From contig CM068745.1 of assembly GCA_035084275.1 (NCBI GenBank), positions 16,740,001 to 16,804,000 on the forward strand: 64,000 nt of DNA, in the 5' to 3' direction. The DNA comes from Hydrolagus colliei. Its lineage: Eukaryota. Below the pieces are notes generated by a model, which searched no databases, was not told the DNA's origin, and saw only the letters and a program-made list of their open reading frames with translations. Below, one piece after another: positions 1 to 11,938 of the stretch (within the stretch, counting starts at the first letter, position 1; each line of letters opens with the position of its first letter). The position numbers and the translations under genes are program-made.

Positions 1-165
1 CTGAAGTGGTGGATGAATCAGATAGTGTAGACGCTTTCAAGAGAAAGCTAGACCTTCACATGAGGGAGAGGGGAATAGAAAGATACAGGAGGGAGTGAGG
101 AATGGGTGAAGCCTCATGTGGTTGGGCCGGGTGGCCTGTTTCTGTGCTGCACGTTCTTTGTAATC
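1..165 (+). mobile_element. CR1-type LINE 3' end fragment
   Basis: Encodes an FKRKLD-like ORF2 end followed by a GGGCCG..TGGCCTGTTTCTGTGCTG 3' tail resembling the other CR1 copies in the window (47250, 49890). Confidence 0.6.
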
Positions 166-1786
166 ACATCCTTGGTCTCTCTGGCACAGATAAAGCTGCT
201 TGCTTCTATTTAGTCTGAGGAGAAAGCACCACTGCACAGCTCAAAAGAGGATTCCTGTCATTTATGGCAGGATGAATTTTCAAGTGATGCAAGGAAAGAG
301 CTATCTATGTGCCAGTGTATACAACCACAGGCCAGCACTCCATACACAAACGCTTCAATCACAAGATCGAACAGCGGTCTTGCCAGAGTGCGTTTGTTCC
401 ACGTTCAGTCTCATTGTACAAGAACCTACCGTAAGTAGTTCACTCACTAAATGTCAAGTAATTATAGTCAACATCACTGATACCCTATTAAGAAAAACAC
501 ACTAATGAGCTAACTATAAATTCTCACAAGAAAACATTACTTCTGTTTTATATGGAAACTTGTGAAACAGTAAAATTCACCACATGCTTATTTTCAAGGT
601 TTGGACATCTGAAGAACAGCACAGTATGGAACAAATCAATAATTCCCAACATCAGATTTTGACTGTCAGCTTGAATTTCAGCTGAGTACAGTGCTGCCCT
701 GTGAATGCCAGTTACAAAAGCAGCTGACAATTTTTTTCACCCACCGGGCATAACATTGCCAGAATGTGGGACGTTGCATTGAATCCAAGTCTGTTTGAGG
801 GGCGATGGCAGCCTGGAGCTTTGACAACACAATGCAACGCTCTGAAAACAAACAGGCCAAACCAAATGCACAAAGACACAGCTGAACCAAGGAAAAAAAT
901 CATGTGAAGTGTGGGCAGTCAGAAATAGCACAGAAGATGACTTCAACTAGTCACACTGGACTGTAATAGAGAACATAGTGTCAGTGGTGTATTTATTATA
1001 TGACAGTCTACGGAACGGAAATGTAACATAACTCGGTCAGTTACATAACAAAGCCACTTCTGATGGCCCTCATATCTGAGACTTGCATTAAAGCAGCCAC
1101 GGAGGCAAAAACATGTTAACCAGGTTGAGTGAGCAACATGATAGAATATACAGTCCAGGGATCAATGCAATGAAGCAACTTATCATTAGGAAAGTGAGAT
1201 AAGAAAGAGAAAAATATATTTTAGCAGAGACCTGGAGAACCTTTCACTTTATGTGAAAGGTTTATTGAGATGTCTCGAAGATGTTATAAGGCACTGCATC
1301 CAATGCAAGGATCATTATTATTATTTTTGATATTTTCAGTATTTCAGATCATGTAGAGCTTAGAAACTTATTGAAGTCTTTATTTCAAAACTGCTTTTCT
1401 CCGAAAGAATTTATCGATAGACGGCTTCAAAGTTAAGATTTGGAACAAGCCATGTGCATTTTCTTCTCCCTCTTGTCTTTGTCTTAATCACGTCCATTTT
1501 ATTAAGGGTTAGTATATGAGGGGAATATAATGTGACAGTGGCAAAGCACTTAGACCCCAGTATCATTGATACAGGGAAACAGTTCAATGTCTCCAAACTG
1601 CTGAATTTCCTCTCCATCCTAGTCAACATCTGCTACAATCAGGTTGAGAGCCACTGTAAGCCAAGACACAATTTCAGCTACAAGCAAGTAAGGGTTCAAC
1701 TGTATCTAAATACCATAGTAAAAGACTCAATTTGGCACCTGATCATTTTAATATCACTGGGCGGAATGCCTAAGAAAGAGGTCTAC

Positions 1787-1872
1787 CTTCAGAATTTGTC
1801 CTCCTTCTGGATATCGTCTCAGAATATCCTTAAGGAAATCTACGAGCGGTGGTGTAGTTTGTCCAAATCTGC
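1787..1872 (-). CDS. SACS: Sacsin coding exon, start of SRR1/HSP90-like region: (G)[28 protein letters not shown]
   Basis: 86-nt exon with TTTAACAG acceptor and GTAGAC donor, phase 1 in and phase 0 out. The peptide matches the human sacsin segment following the UBL domain as I recall it. The next exon (ELIQNAEDAG...) was not found at 1-1786, so the gene continues off the left edge. Confidence 0.97.
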
Positions 1873-2745
1873 CTGTTAAAGTGGAAGAAAAGGAAGGATT
1901 CAATGCGGGTACAACATTATGCAATAATTGTAATCATTATTTCACAGTTGAGTTCTATCACAAGCTGTAAATAAAGATTGTTTCTGTAAATCAAGTGATC
2001 AAAGGGAACTTAACCACTTGAGCTAATGTACTGGAAAGTTACATATCCTATGGTTCACCACAATGTCACCCATTCACAAGCAAGTTGTTTGCATTGCTTT
2101 TTTTTTTTAAATGGTATTATACTATACTTCACAAATAAAACTAGTTGAAGGGTAAATGAATTGCTAAGAAGTCTATAATCCTCCTTTATTGAGGAGTTGA
2201 CAGATCCATGGCATCCATGGTTATACCAGTCAATGAGGATCAAGGATTAGAATTGGTGGCTCACATGAATAAATATAGAAGCAGAAATATAATTGGCCAA
2301 ATAGCTTGTTGTTGCTTTTCAGAACCTTAGGACATCCTCCCGATGTGAAAGGCGCTCTAAAAAAGTAATTTTGTTGTTCTTGTTGTGTAGCTATAAGACT
2401 TATTCTTTCATGGGTCCTTGATTTCAATGCTTGATGCCACGACCGTGAGCATCTTCCTCACTGACCCAAGAAAGATTTTGAAAGTTTCCCAGCCATGTGT
2501 TCAGGAAGAAATTATGGAACAAGCTCCAACCAAACCCACCCCATCGCTAACTTCACCCAGTCTAGCAGAAACTGTTATAATAGAGATATGCCCTGAACCA
2601 TTGACACAACTTAACCATGGCTTTGTTCCTTCCACTGATGTCTTCCCAAGCAAATCTCCAGAGGACAGTGTTTGTGTGTGTTGGAGTTAAGAAACATAGC
2701 ACTAACGTCTCCCCCAACAACTATCCCACACTTCAATTGTATTAC

Positions 2746-2836
2746 CTCCTCCTCGTAAACCTCTTCCCTGCAGCGTAAAATTAATCTCATGATTTCCGGA
2801 TTGCACCAGGCTCGCAATTTGATCAGAGTTGTACAA
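2746..2836 (-). CDS. SACS: Sacsin coding exon, C-terminal part of UBL domain: LYNSDQIASLVQSGNHEINFTLQGRGLRGG(G)
   Basis: 91-nt exon with CTTACAG acceptor and GTAATA donor, phase 0 in and phase 1 out, joining the flanking exons in frame. Homologous to human [30 protein letters not shown]. Confidence 0.93.
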
Positions 2837-3837
2837 CTGTAAGTAAGAACAAATCACAGAAAGATCAGTACTGACAGTATTAGTCAGATTATGACAAAAT
2901 CGATGCCATTAGAACAGGCCTAATACAGTTCTCTGGTGAACTTCAAACAATGAGCCTTCTGTCAAAACCTCTTAATAACTGATACTCAGCAAGAAACTTA
3001 GCAGAAGGGCTACACAGGAAAAAAAAACACTTAAACCGAATAAATTTGATTTTAATGGGATTTATTTCCATTATTTGATTTTTCTAAAAGACCAAATCCA
3101 ATGTAAACTAAAATGGCAAGTTTTCTGAAGTGGGGATTACGTCACTTTGTGCAGAAACAGCAACACAATTAAAGAGCATTGGACTGAGATTTCATGTGTT
3201 AGCCATGAGGAGAGGTGTGCCAAGACAAATTCACTTTTCAATGGACATTTCAGTAAATAATGCTTAATAAATGAATTCAAATTTTTTTTGAAACATTCCC
3301 CAAAATGCAAGCAGTATTGCCCATATTCTCGTTCTGCCTCAAGAATGAGTAGTTTACAAAATTATAAGGAAAAAAGCTATCTTACTAATACATACACTGT
3401 AACAAGCGTATGTCATTCAGTCCATGAAACCTCATGGGGCATTTTAGATCCTGGTAAAACTTTTAATCCCATTTCTCCATCTTTACCCATTTGCCACAAT
3501 ACTTTATCCTCAAATATTGCCTGTCTGTTTGTCACCTCAATCTTTTCTCCTTTGCTCCTAATGCGTTGAAATTTGTTGTGCTCAAATTATAACTCGCTCT
3601 GCATTTCCTCATAAAACCAAAGCTACAGTTCCCTTGTGGTTGTATGTAACCATATATGTACAATTGTATGCACATATGTAGATAGATATGTTTTTATGTA
3701 GGGCACATATGCGTTGTCTAATTTCTCTATTCAACTTTACCCTGATGGTGTACTGGCCTAGAGAGTGCCATCTTTTTATCTAGGTTTCTCAATTAAAATA
3801 AGAAATTCAACAATTGTTTTTTGAAGAGTGCAAACAC

Positions 3838-4596
3838 TAGGGTCTGGCGATATATCAATAGATCGGTTATATCCAATATAATTTTCATATCAATATTTGA
3901 TATCGATTCATATTTATATCGAATTTAAAATTTATATCGAAAAAAATCGGTATATCGTAAATGTTGGTATATTGTTCCTGACATTGCAACCTCCTGGGCG
4001 TAGAGCATGGAATGCGCGCGCACTGAACTACAAGACCCAGAATGCTCATCTCTATACACAATGCACAGACCGAGGTGCAAGCCGCCATATTGTATTCATA
4101 GTCCTCGAATACAATATACAGGTATGCAAGGGGTGGGGGGGGAGAGACGGCGGGGTGGGGGTTCAGACGGTGGGGGGGGGGGGAGAGACGGCGGGGGGGG
4201 GGGAGAGATGGCGGAGGGGGGGGGAGAGACGGCGGGGGGGAGACGGGGTGGGGGAGAGATGGGGTGGGGGGGAGATGGAGGGGATGTGATGACTGACAGA
4301 CAGACAAACAGACGGAGAGAGAGAGAGAGAGCGAGAGAGAGAGAGAGATGGGGGGGATGTGAGAGAGGAGAGACACAGAGACACAGACAGAAAAACACAG
4401 AGATGGAGAGAGTGAGTGTGAGAGACACAGAGAGAGAAATTTACCTCCTGAGGAGATAGGCCCCGAATGCGCGCGCATCTCCGAATGCGCGCACATGCGC
4501 AGTATGAAAACCACGGAAATATCGATATATCGGTATATCTCGATATGAGCCCATCGATATATCGAAATTGGAAAATTTCCATATCGACGGACCCTA
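3838..4596. mobile_element. Non-autonomous hAT-type DNA transposon (MITE), copy 1
   Basis: 16-bp TIRs TAGGGTCTGGCGATAT / ATATCGACGGACCCTA, a perfect 8-bp TSD GCAAACAC (3830-3837, 4597-4604), subterminal ATATCGATAT-like repeats and an internal G-rich/(GA)n tract. A second copy lies at 12337-13007. Confidence 0.92.
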
Positions 4597-4817
4597 GCAA
4601 ACACTAGAAACCTTAATTCTAACAAACCACTCAAGAACCTTTAATTTGTTGCCAGTAAATAAGTCTATTTTGCTTACATCCTTAGTTGAATTTCAAAACT
4701 ACCCCCTCTGCATGGACAGTGTATTAGAAACCTCTGCAGATATGTGTTTTGTGCTTTAATGCATTATATAGCATGACTGCATCACCATTTGTGTATGTAA
4801 TTCAAGGTCAATCTCAC

Positions 4818-4968
4818 CTCTTTCCCATTGTGAAGGAGCCGCTGCTCAGAAACAGGGAAATCCGTTTCTGTGTAGATCAACTCCTTGATATCATGGATTG
4901 CAGCAGAGGGAGCAATCTCATACACTCTGCTTCCAATGTATTCATGCAGAATGACCACCTTTGCCAAC
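4818..4968 (-). CDS. SACS: Sacsin coding exon, N-terminal part of UBL domain: [50 protein letters not shown]
   Basis: 151-nt exon with TTTAAAG acceptor and GTGAGA donor, phase 2 in and phase 0 out. Homologous to human WVPVTVL...[25 protein letters not shown]. Confidence 0.95.
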
Positions 4969-5039
4969 CTTTAAACCAAAAAAGGCACACATTTAACACC
5001 ACACCACAAAACATTCCTCATACAACCATCACTGACTCA

Positions 5040-5315
5040 CACTACAGGCAGCTAAGACCCTCATACACGCATTCACAACATCCAGCCTCGACTATATAAA
5101 CTCCTTGCTTGTCGACCTCTCCAAACTCTTCCCTCCATTGGCTGCAGATCATCTGGAACTCTGCAGCCCGTGTCCTCTCCCATATTAGGCTCCTCCACCC
5201 TATTACCCCCACCATCGCCCAACTCCACTGGCTTCCAATCACAGAGGATACAGTTCAACATCCTGTTCCTCACTTTCAAAGCCCTCCATGGTCTTGCTCT
5301 ACCCTATCTTTGCAA
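5040..5315 (+). mobile_element. L2 LINE ORF2 fragment
   Basis: Translates, with frameshifts, to LQIIWNSAARVL...ITPTIAQLHWLP / QRIQFNILFLTFKALHGLA, the L2-clade RT C-terminal signature. Confidence 0.85.
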
Positions 5316-7338
5316 CCAAGATTTACTGGGCCCCACAGATCTTATTGAACTTGGTCATACAAGAATGCAGGTTCTATGTCCAGATGCGAGGCCATTGTGG
5401 GCAGTATTGGGCAGCAATCCTCAATGTAAATAAAGGCATTTTAATAAAAAGTCGTCATGCTGAAATGGATCAGAAGTTCCAGGGTATAAATAGATGGTGC
5501 ACTGGGAGAAAAGGAGGTATAACTAACACTTGACTCATAAGTTATCATAACTCACTCAGAATTTCTGATTATGTAAGTCACAAACCTGGATAATGTCCAG
5601 AATGTTTATGACATTTCTGCAGAATCAGTAACTGAGAAAGGGATGGGGGGGGGGCTGAACGGATGGACGGACAGACAGAGAAACTGTGCGAATGGCAGCA
5701 GCTATCCTAGGATTCCCAGCATAGCCAGACTTTCTGTTTCAGTCATGTGGAATAGTAGTTAATGCTGTTATTGGTTAGAAAACTACAGCAAAACTAATGG
5801 TTTGCAAGGACTGAAATTGTTTGTTTTAGAAATTCTGTTGATTTCTGTGTCCAGATGAAATATAGATTCCACCTTCAGCTGAATCCACTGTCAACGAAAA
5901 CTGCTTTGCAATGCAGTTATTGTACCTATTCTTCTTTTGGGATAATATGTCATTCCTTACAAGTCTTGTTATGAATGTCATTTTGTGGGACTTTTTCCAC
6001 ATATCAGCAGACATAATCTTGGTACAATCTTGATATCAACATTTTGGTACAATCTTGATATCAACATAGATACAATCACTATACTTTACAGTAAAACTCT
6101 CTGAAGTGCTTTGAGAGTGCTTCCGCCTTTCTATTTGATCATGGATCACAACCTTGGACGAAAACTCATTTCTCTTTTCGAATAGTGCCATGAGATCTTT
6201 AACATTCACCTGAACAGACTGGCCTTGGGTCAGTGACAAGCAATGCAGAGCTCAGCCAGACTGCATTGGGCATGTTAGCCTACATTATGTGAGTTCAAAA
6301 ACCTGATACGGGCTTGAACCCATAACTTGTTTTACAGGACATTTCTCTAAAGTGTAGTGACTGTGTATTTATATTGATATCAAGATATGATCATGCACCA
6401 TCTTCCTCAACAGGAGAAAGAGGTAACCAACTAAGTCAGGCCAATACCAAGTCCCAGGCACTGCAGTACTATCACATTGGCTGAGTGACTATTGAAGGTA
6501 ATTCAACTTTGACATTTAAAAGGAAATTAGATAAACAGCTGAAGATTATCATGGGATGTGGAAAAAAATAGGAAATTAGATCAGAATACAGTACAGCCTT
6601 CCTGGAATGGAAGCAGCACAGTCTAGATATATGAACCATCCACTGTGCTAACATTTCCAGAATCCTATAAAATATTCAGTGTACTTGCTTTAAAAAGATA
6701 AACTCGAGAATCAGAACCGGGCTCTGGTTGTGTAAATGTCAGAAACTGTTAGCACCAGTGCACACAGCAAGAAAACACCAAAATCACTTCCAGATAGTGA
6801 CTGTTTCAGCCTTTCCTTCTTCAATAATGACATACATTCAAATAACACCTTTCATTTAGAGTAACATCTAAAGAACATTTCACACAGATGATGCTGAACA
6901 CCAAATATGAGTTGGGGGTAGGCATTGTCAAAGAGGTAGGCTTTTAGAAAACGAGAAATCCTCATAAACTGTGAATTTATAAACTGCATTTTTCCTGCGT
7001 TTTATTATTACCCATGCACTGTTTAAAATTTACATACTCATCGACATGGATGAAACAAGTTCTAGAGACTCCTACAACATTGATTCTTTAACCCTTTAGG
7101 ATTGCGTAGTTTGCAGCTTTTCTGTCTTTTTTCAATCACTGTTATCACTACACTCTACAATACACTCTGTGGTGCGCTTTCAGATGACCAACTGAATCAT
7201 GCTTTATAAAAAGCATGGTTTATTATTGTTTCATCATTATTATTTGTTCCAATGAATGTTAGAAATTAATATCACTTTTGACTTCGTTGGATTCGTGGAA
7301 TATACTCATACCACAAATCCATCATTAATTGTTATTGA

Positions 7339-7510
7339 TAATAATAATCCTTGCATTTGATATAGCGCTTTGAGACGTCTAGAAGACATGAAAAGCGCCT
7401 TATACAGAATATACTGTAAAGTGAATTGACTGTATATTTGTGAATGAAACGCGGCAGCCATTTTGAGCACAACAGTGTCCCACAAACAGTCATAGATTCA
7501 AATGACCAAG
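7339..7510 (-). mobile_element. SINE 3' half (Deu 3' segment plus L2-like tail with (TTA)n)
   Basis: Matches the 3' part of the full copies at 17015 and 11939. Confidence 0.8.
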
Positions 7511-7899
7511 ATATACACGCAGAGCAGCTGACACACCCAGACCCAGATACAGTTGTGATCGACAAATACGACAACAGATCAAAGTTACCAAACTGTCCAA
7601 CAGAGCTTTGTAAACTCACTCGTAAGACAGTATATCGATACTAGAACAAAGTGTTGAAGTTGTATAGTTGTATAAGTAATTGATTAAGCTGCACTATGTC
7701 CAGTTGTTGAACACCCCCTTTAGAGAAAGAGGGTCATAGCCACCGAAATGGTGCAGCAGATACAAGTGAATGACTAATTTTATGAATGGGCTTGCTGGCT
7801 AGAAAAGGAGAAATTCTATAATTACTATAATTCTATTACAGCATATAAGTAAAAGTACATGTAATTATCTCTCTATACACCATTTACACATGGTTCATA

Positions 7900-8270
7900 A
7901 TAAGCCTTGTTCAGTTGGCAGTATTATAGAGGCTGAATCAGAATGTTGAGGATTCATTCCCAACAGTATTGTTGGGGGAGGTGGCATTTCATTGTTGGAT
8001 ATTAAATCGAGGTCCTGTCTGCCTGTTCAGGTGGACATTAAAGATCCTACTTCACTGTGCAGAATCGGAAGGGAATTTCTCCTGGTGAACTGGCCAACAA
8101 CCCCCCAAGTATAACTTTGTCATTAATATGGCTGTTAATGCAAATTAAATGCATTGTTCACACACACATACACACACATTTACTACACTGCACTGTAAAA
8201 TGTAGTGAAATGCTTTGAAACATTTTGAACACAAGATAAGGCTATATCAAATGCAAAGTATATTATTTTT
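7900..8270 (+). mobile_element. Old DeuSINE (SacSINE1/AmnSINE-like Deu domain)
   Basis: Contains the Deu core GAGGTCCTGTCTGCCTGTTCAGGTGGACATTAAAGATCC...CTCCTGGTGAACTGGCCAACA with a degraded tRNA-like head and tail. Confidence 0.7.
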
Positions 8271-9029
8271 AGCAAAATTGTTATTAATTATTATTCCAGA
8301 ATCTAGGTCATTCTCAAAAATAAAATCAGCCACCTTATGTTCTGAGCTATTTCCAATAGATCCTGTAAGTCACAGAGATTTCTTAAATTATGAAAGGATT
8401 TGATGAGGTGAATATCAATTCAGCTGTTTGTGAGTCCAAAACAAATCCAAAATAAATATGGGATCACTCACACCATTGCTGTTTGTGGGATATTGCTGTG
8501 CACAAACCTGCTGCCACATTACGCCCATAAAATACACAATCAATTCACTTGACTAAATTTTCTGTAAAGTGCTTTGAGACATGTCAATGACGTGATGAAG
8601 CACTGTATCAAATACAAGGTTTATTAATCTTATTTATGCAGGATAATCAGCAGTAAGTCAAAAAGAGAGTTTGGGAGGAAATTCATTACACAAAGGGTAG
8701 TAAGAATGTGGAACTCACTACCGGAACCTGTGGTAAGAGTGAAAGCATCAACATATTTCAGAAGAAACGCCTTTCACATCAGGACTTTACAAAGTGCTTC
8801 CCAGGACTTAATGTGAAGTGACTGTATACTTTCTAGGTGAACAGTACAGCCAATCTATGCACAGAAAAGTCCCATAAACAGCTATGAAGTCATTTTGTCT
8901 CAGGGATTATTGCCCCAAACTCTTTTCTCTTATCGAAGTGCCCCAGGACCTTTAACATCCCAAGGCAGAAGGTACCTCAGTTTAGCATCTCATCTGATGG
9001 ATCTGATGCAACAATGCACGATTAACCCT

Positions 9030-9205
9030 AAAAAAAACTGGTCATTTCAATCCATGACTGTTTGTGGGTCACTGCTGTGCGCAATTGGATGGTGTGTTTT
9101 GCCCACATATTTACAGTCAATTCACTTTACAGTATATTCTGTAAAGCACTTTGAGATGGCTAGAAGACGTGAAAAGCACTATATCAAATGCAAGGTTTAT
9201 TATTA
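9030..9205 (+). mobile_element. SINE 3' half
   Basis: GGTCATTTCAATCCATGACTGTTTGTGGG...TATATCAAATGCAAGG(TTA)n, as in the full copies. Confidence 0.8.
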
Positions 9206-10007
9206 ATTATAGCCGTTAATCACTAAAGTTGCAGTTTTGTTCTGCACTCCTCAGCACAATGAACGCAATCCACTAAAAAAAATCCATTAGTAAGCATTAC
9301 ATTTCCTTTAAAGAAAGATTGATTTGAACAATGCCAACCTACGAAATGGAAGCTTTTTACAGCCTCAATCCTATCGCCCTAATATCTGCATCAACTTCAA
9401 CACTTGCAAAGAAATCAACAGGATATCCCCAAATATTTTTGTCAATGGGTGGGTGGGGGAGTAAAGGGGGGAGAGAGAGAGTCAGCAAGAGAGGAGGACA
9501 TGTTGTAAATCTTTCACTCACAAGCCTGCACCAAATATGTCCACCAGATTCATTGGTTGCATGTAAATAAAGAGGGATCAGAGCTTTGCTGGATCTGCAG
9601 CTAACATTACCGTTACTTTCATTCAAACTCGGCCAACCAGAGGGTGTCTCTTTGAGTTGAAGCTTAACTGCCAGTGAGGGAGGGAGGGAGGGAGAGAGGG
9701 GAGAGTGTTTGAAACCAGCCAGAGTAAAAAATCAAATCAGTGCTTTTTACTCAACATTAAACTTTTCTGGGGGAAAAAGACATGATTTTTTCTGATGCAC
9801 AATTTGATATTGTAATAATTAATAATAATAATTATAATGCCTTTATTAAATAGTGCTTTTAGCTTCTGTAGTAACTTTTCAAAGCATTTCTACAAGTTTT
9901 AACACGTTTTTAGGGGTGGAGAGAGGAAGGTTTTTAAAAGGCTTCCCCCCCCCCCCCCCCTCTCTCTCTCTCTCTCTCTTTGTGTGGAATGTATGTGTGA
10001 ACTATAC

Positions 10008-10033
10008 CTGGGTCCAGGGGGGTCTTTTTCCAT
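10008..10033 (-). CDS. SACS: Sacsin first coding segment MEKDPPGP(R), at the 3' end of exon 2
   Basis: Strong Kozak context AAGATGG with an in-frame TGA upstream. 26 coding nt are followed by AG|GTATAG. Phase 2 matches the acceptor at 4968 (AG|G = Arg), the same layout as human METKEN(R). Confidence 0.75.
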
Positions 10034-10529
10034 CTTATCCCTCCCGTGGATTGCTGCTGGGAGCCGGGCAGAGAGACATCAGTGGCTGGGGTGGTGGTTC
10101 GATGTGTTTCAATGCAAAGCGACCATTTCCATCAGACAAACAGCAGAGAGACATACACAGAGAGACACACAGAGAGAGAGAGACAGACAGAGCGTGGGAA
10201 CCTCAGGGATCCATTGCCTCCACTGTATCCCAGAGCAGCTGATCTATACTCAAGAGCAGCTGGTTTGATTCAGTCAAAGCCCTGCCAAGGTAGATCATTC
10301 TCTCCTGTGAGTGCACACACTCCAGATCTTCCCTGTTTCTCTGCCCTCTTCCCTTATTATTTCCCCCTAATTGTGTTCCTAATGAAATCAGGAGAGGTTT
10401 TTTCTTTGTCCTTCTTCCAGCTTTGGCAGTTCTTCAGCTCCTGCAAAAGACTCCTCTCCTCTACTTTCCTCTACTCTCCCACCACTCCAGTACAGGTCCA
10501 CGGTTCTGCAACAGAGAGAGAAAGAGAAA
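10034..10529 (-). other. SACS: SACS exon 2, 5'UTR portion (acceptor at 10529 or 10505)
   Basis: A long CT polypyrimidine tract (10510-10575, minus strand) has two AGs 24 nt apart (CTCAG|10529 and TTGCAG|10505). This gives a roughly 500-nt mostly untranslated exon, similar to my recollection of human SACS exon 2. Confidence 0.6.
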
Positions 10530-10751
10530 CTGAGAGAGAGAGAGAGAGAGAGAGCGACAGGGAAAAGAGGAAATCTTTCTGAGTCAGGCAGTCAGTCACT
10601 TCCTGCTCTGGTCATGGCACATCTGAATGTGCCTCTAATTATAAGTCACAGACCAGACCCCCTCTCCCAGGGAAAGCCTTGCTTTGCATCCTGGTAATTG
10701 TAGTTCCATCCCCAGCAAACCGCAATCCAAACATGATTATGATTTAAGAAC

Positions 10752-11369
10752 AATAATAATAATAATCCTTGCATCTGATACAGCGCTTTTCACGTCTTCT
10801 AGACGTCTCAGAGCGCTTCACACGATATACTGTAAAGTGAATCGACTGTTTATATGTGGGTGAAAGGCGGCAGCCAATTTTGCACAGCAATGTCCCACAA
10901 ACAGCCGAGGATTGAAATGACCAATGTACTATTGGTGGGGTTTTTTTTGCTTGGGGGATTATTATCAGGGCGTCTGCAGTAAGGAAACTTTCCCGTGGTT
11001 TCCCCCTGCCTGGAATTGAACCCAGACCTCTCGCTTGTGAGCTCTGTATTACTCCTGATAATAATAATAATAATTCTAATCCTTCCAGTTGATATAGTGC
11101 TTTTTCACGCCATCTAGACGTCTCAAAGCACTTCACAGAATCTACTCTAAAGTAAATTGACTGTATATTTTGTGGGAAAAATGCAGCAGCCAATTATGCA
11201 CAGCAGTATCCCACAAAGAGTCATAGATTGAGTGACCAATTTTTTTGGGGGGGATTATTGTCAGGGCATGTGGAGTAAAGAAACTTGCCCAAGGTTTCGC
11301 CCTGGCTGGAATCGAACTCAGGTCTTTCGCTTGCAAGGCGAGTGCTCTAACCACTGAGCTACAGGACTC
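10752..11369 (-). mobile_element. Two tandem tRNA-derived SINEs (short subfamily), about 10752-11045 and 11057-11369
   Basis: The upstream copy has A box GTAGCTCAGTGGTTAGAGC and B box GAGTTCGATTCC; the other lacks the A box. Both have the shared body and (TTA)n tail. Confidence 0.88.
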
Positions 11370-11389
11370 AATGATGTAGCATATTATCA

Positions 11390-11760
11390 TATCCAAACTT
11401 CTCAAGGCACTTCACAATAATGTGTATTTCTGGGCAAATGCTGCAGCCAATTTGCATACAGTAATGTTAGGCGTACAACCAGGATTTGAATGACCAATTT
11501 CTACTGGAAGATTTGTTGGTCAGGACAAACTCCCTTCACTTTTCGGATAGTGCCATGGATTGTTTAACGTCTACCTGATAGGCAGATAAGACCTTGTTTC
11601 AACATTTCAGCTGATGAGTTACACCTCCAACAATGCCGTACTCTCCCAAAACTGCAATGGAGAGCCTAGACAGATTATCAGATCAAAGTCCCCAATGAGG
11701 GCCTTCAACGCCCAACCTTCTGTGTCACAAGCTGACACTTGAGAAGCTTGTTTCACTCTG
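11390..11760 (-). mobile_element. Old DeuSINE
   Basis: Reverse complement contains a GAAGGTTGGGCGTTGAAG head and the AAACAATCCATGGCACTATCCGAAAAG...TGTCCTGACCAACA Deu core. Confidence 0.65.
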
Positions 11761-11938
11761 TGAGATGGTTCATATTTGTGCATTGGCAAATATGTTTTTG
11801 TCCATAAATACATTTCTCTGAACACGCTATTTCATTTTTTATGATAATCGATAAGTTCAGCCTCCCTTACACAGTCAATTCGCTTCATATTCCATGAAGC
11901 CCTTTGAGATGTTGCAACAGGGTGCTGTATCAAACATT

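Noticed and set aside
548-946. Short minus-strand ORFs as the next sacsin exon
   Set aside because: None contains the expected ELIQNAEDAG continuation or any recognisable similarity.
3885-4634. 249-aa Pro-rich and overlapping Gly/Arg-rich ORFs (also at 12351-12933)
   Set aside because: Artefacts of stop-poor low-complexity sequence inside the hAT MITE, with no transposase motifs.
6018-6068. Direct duplication TTGGTACAATCTTGATATCAACAT x2
   Set aside because: Only two adjacent units with no spacers; a local slippage duplication, not a CRISPR-like array.
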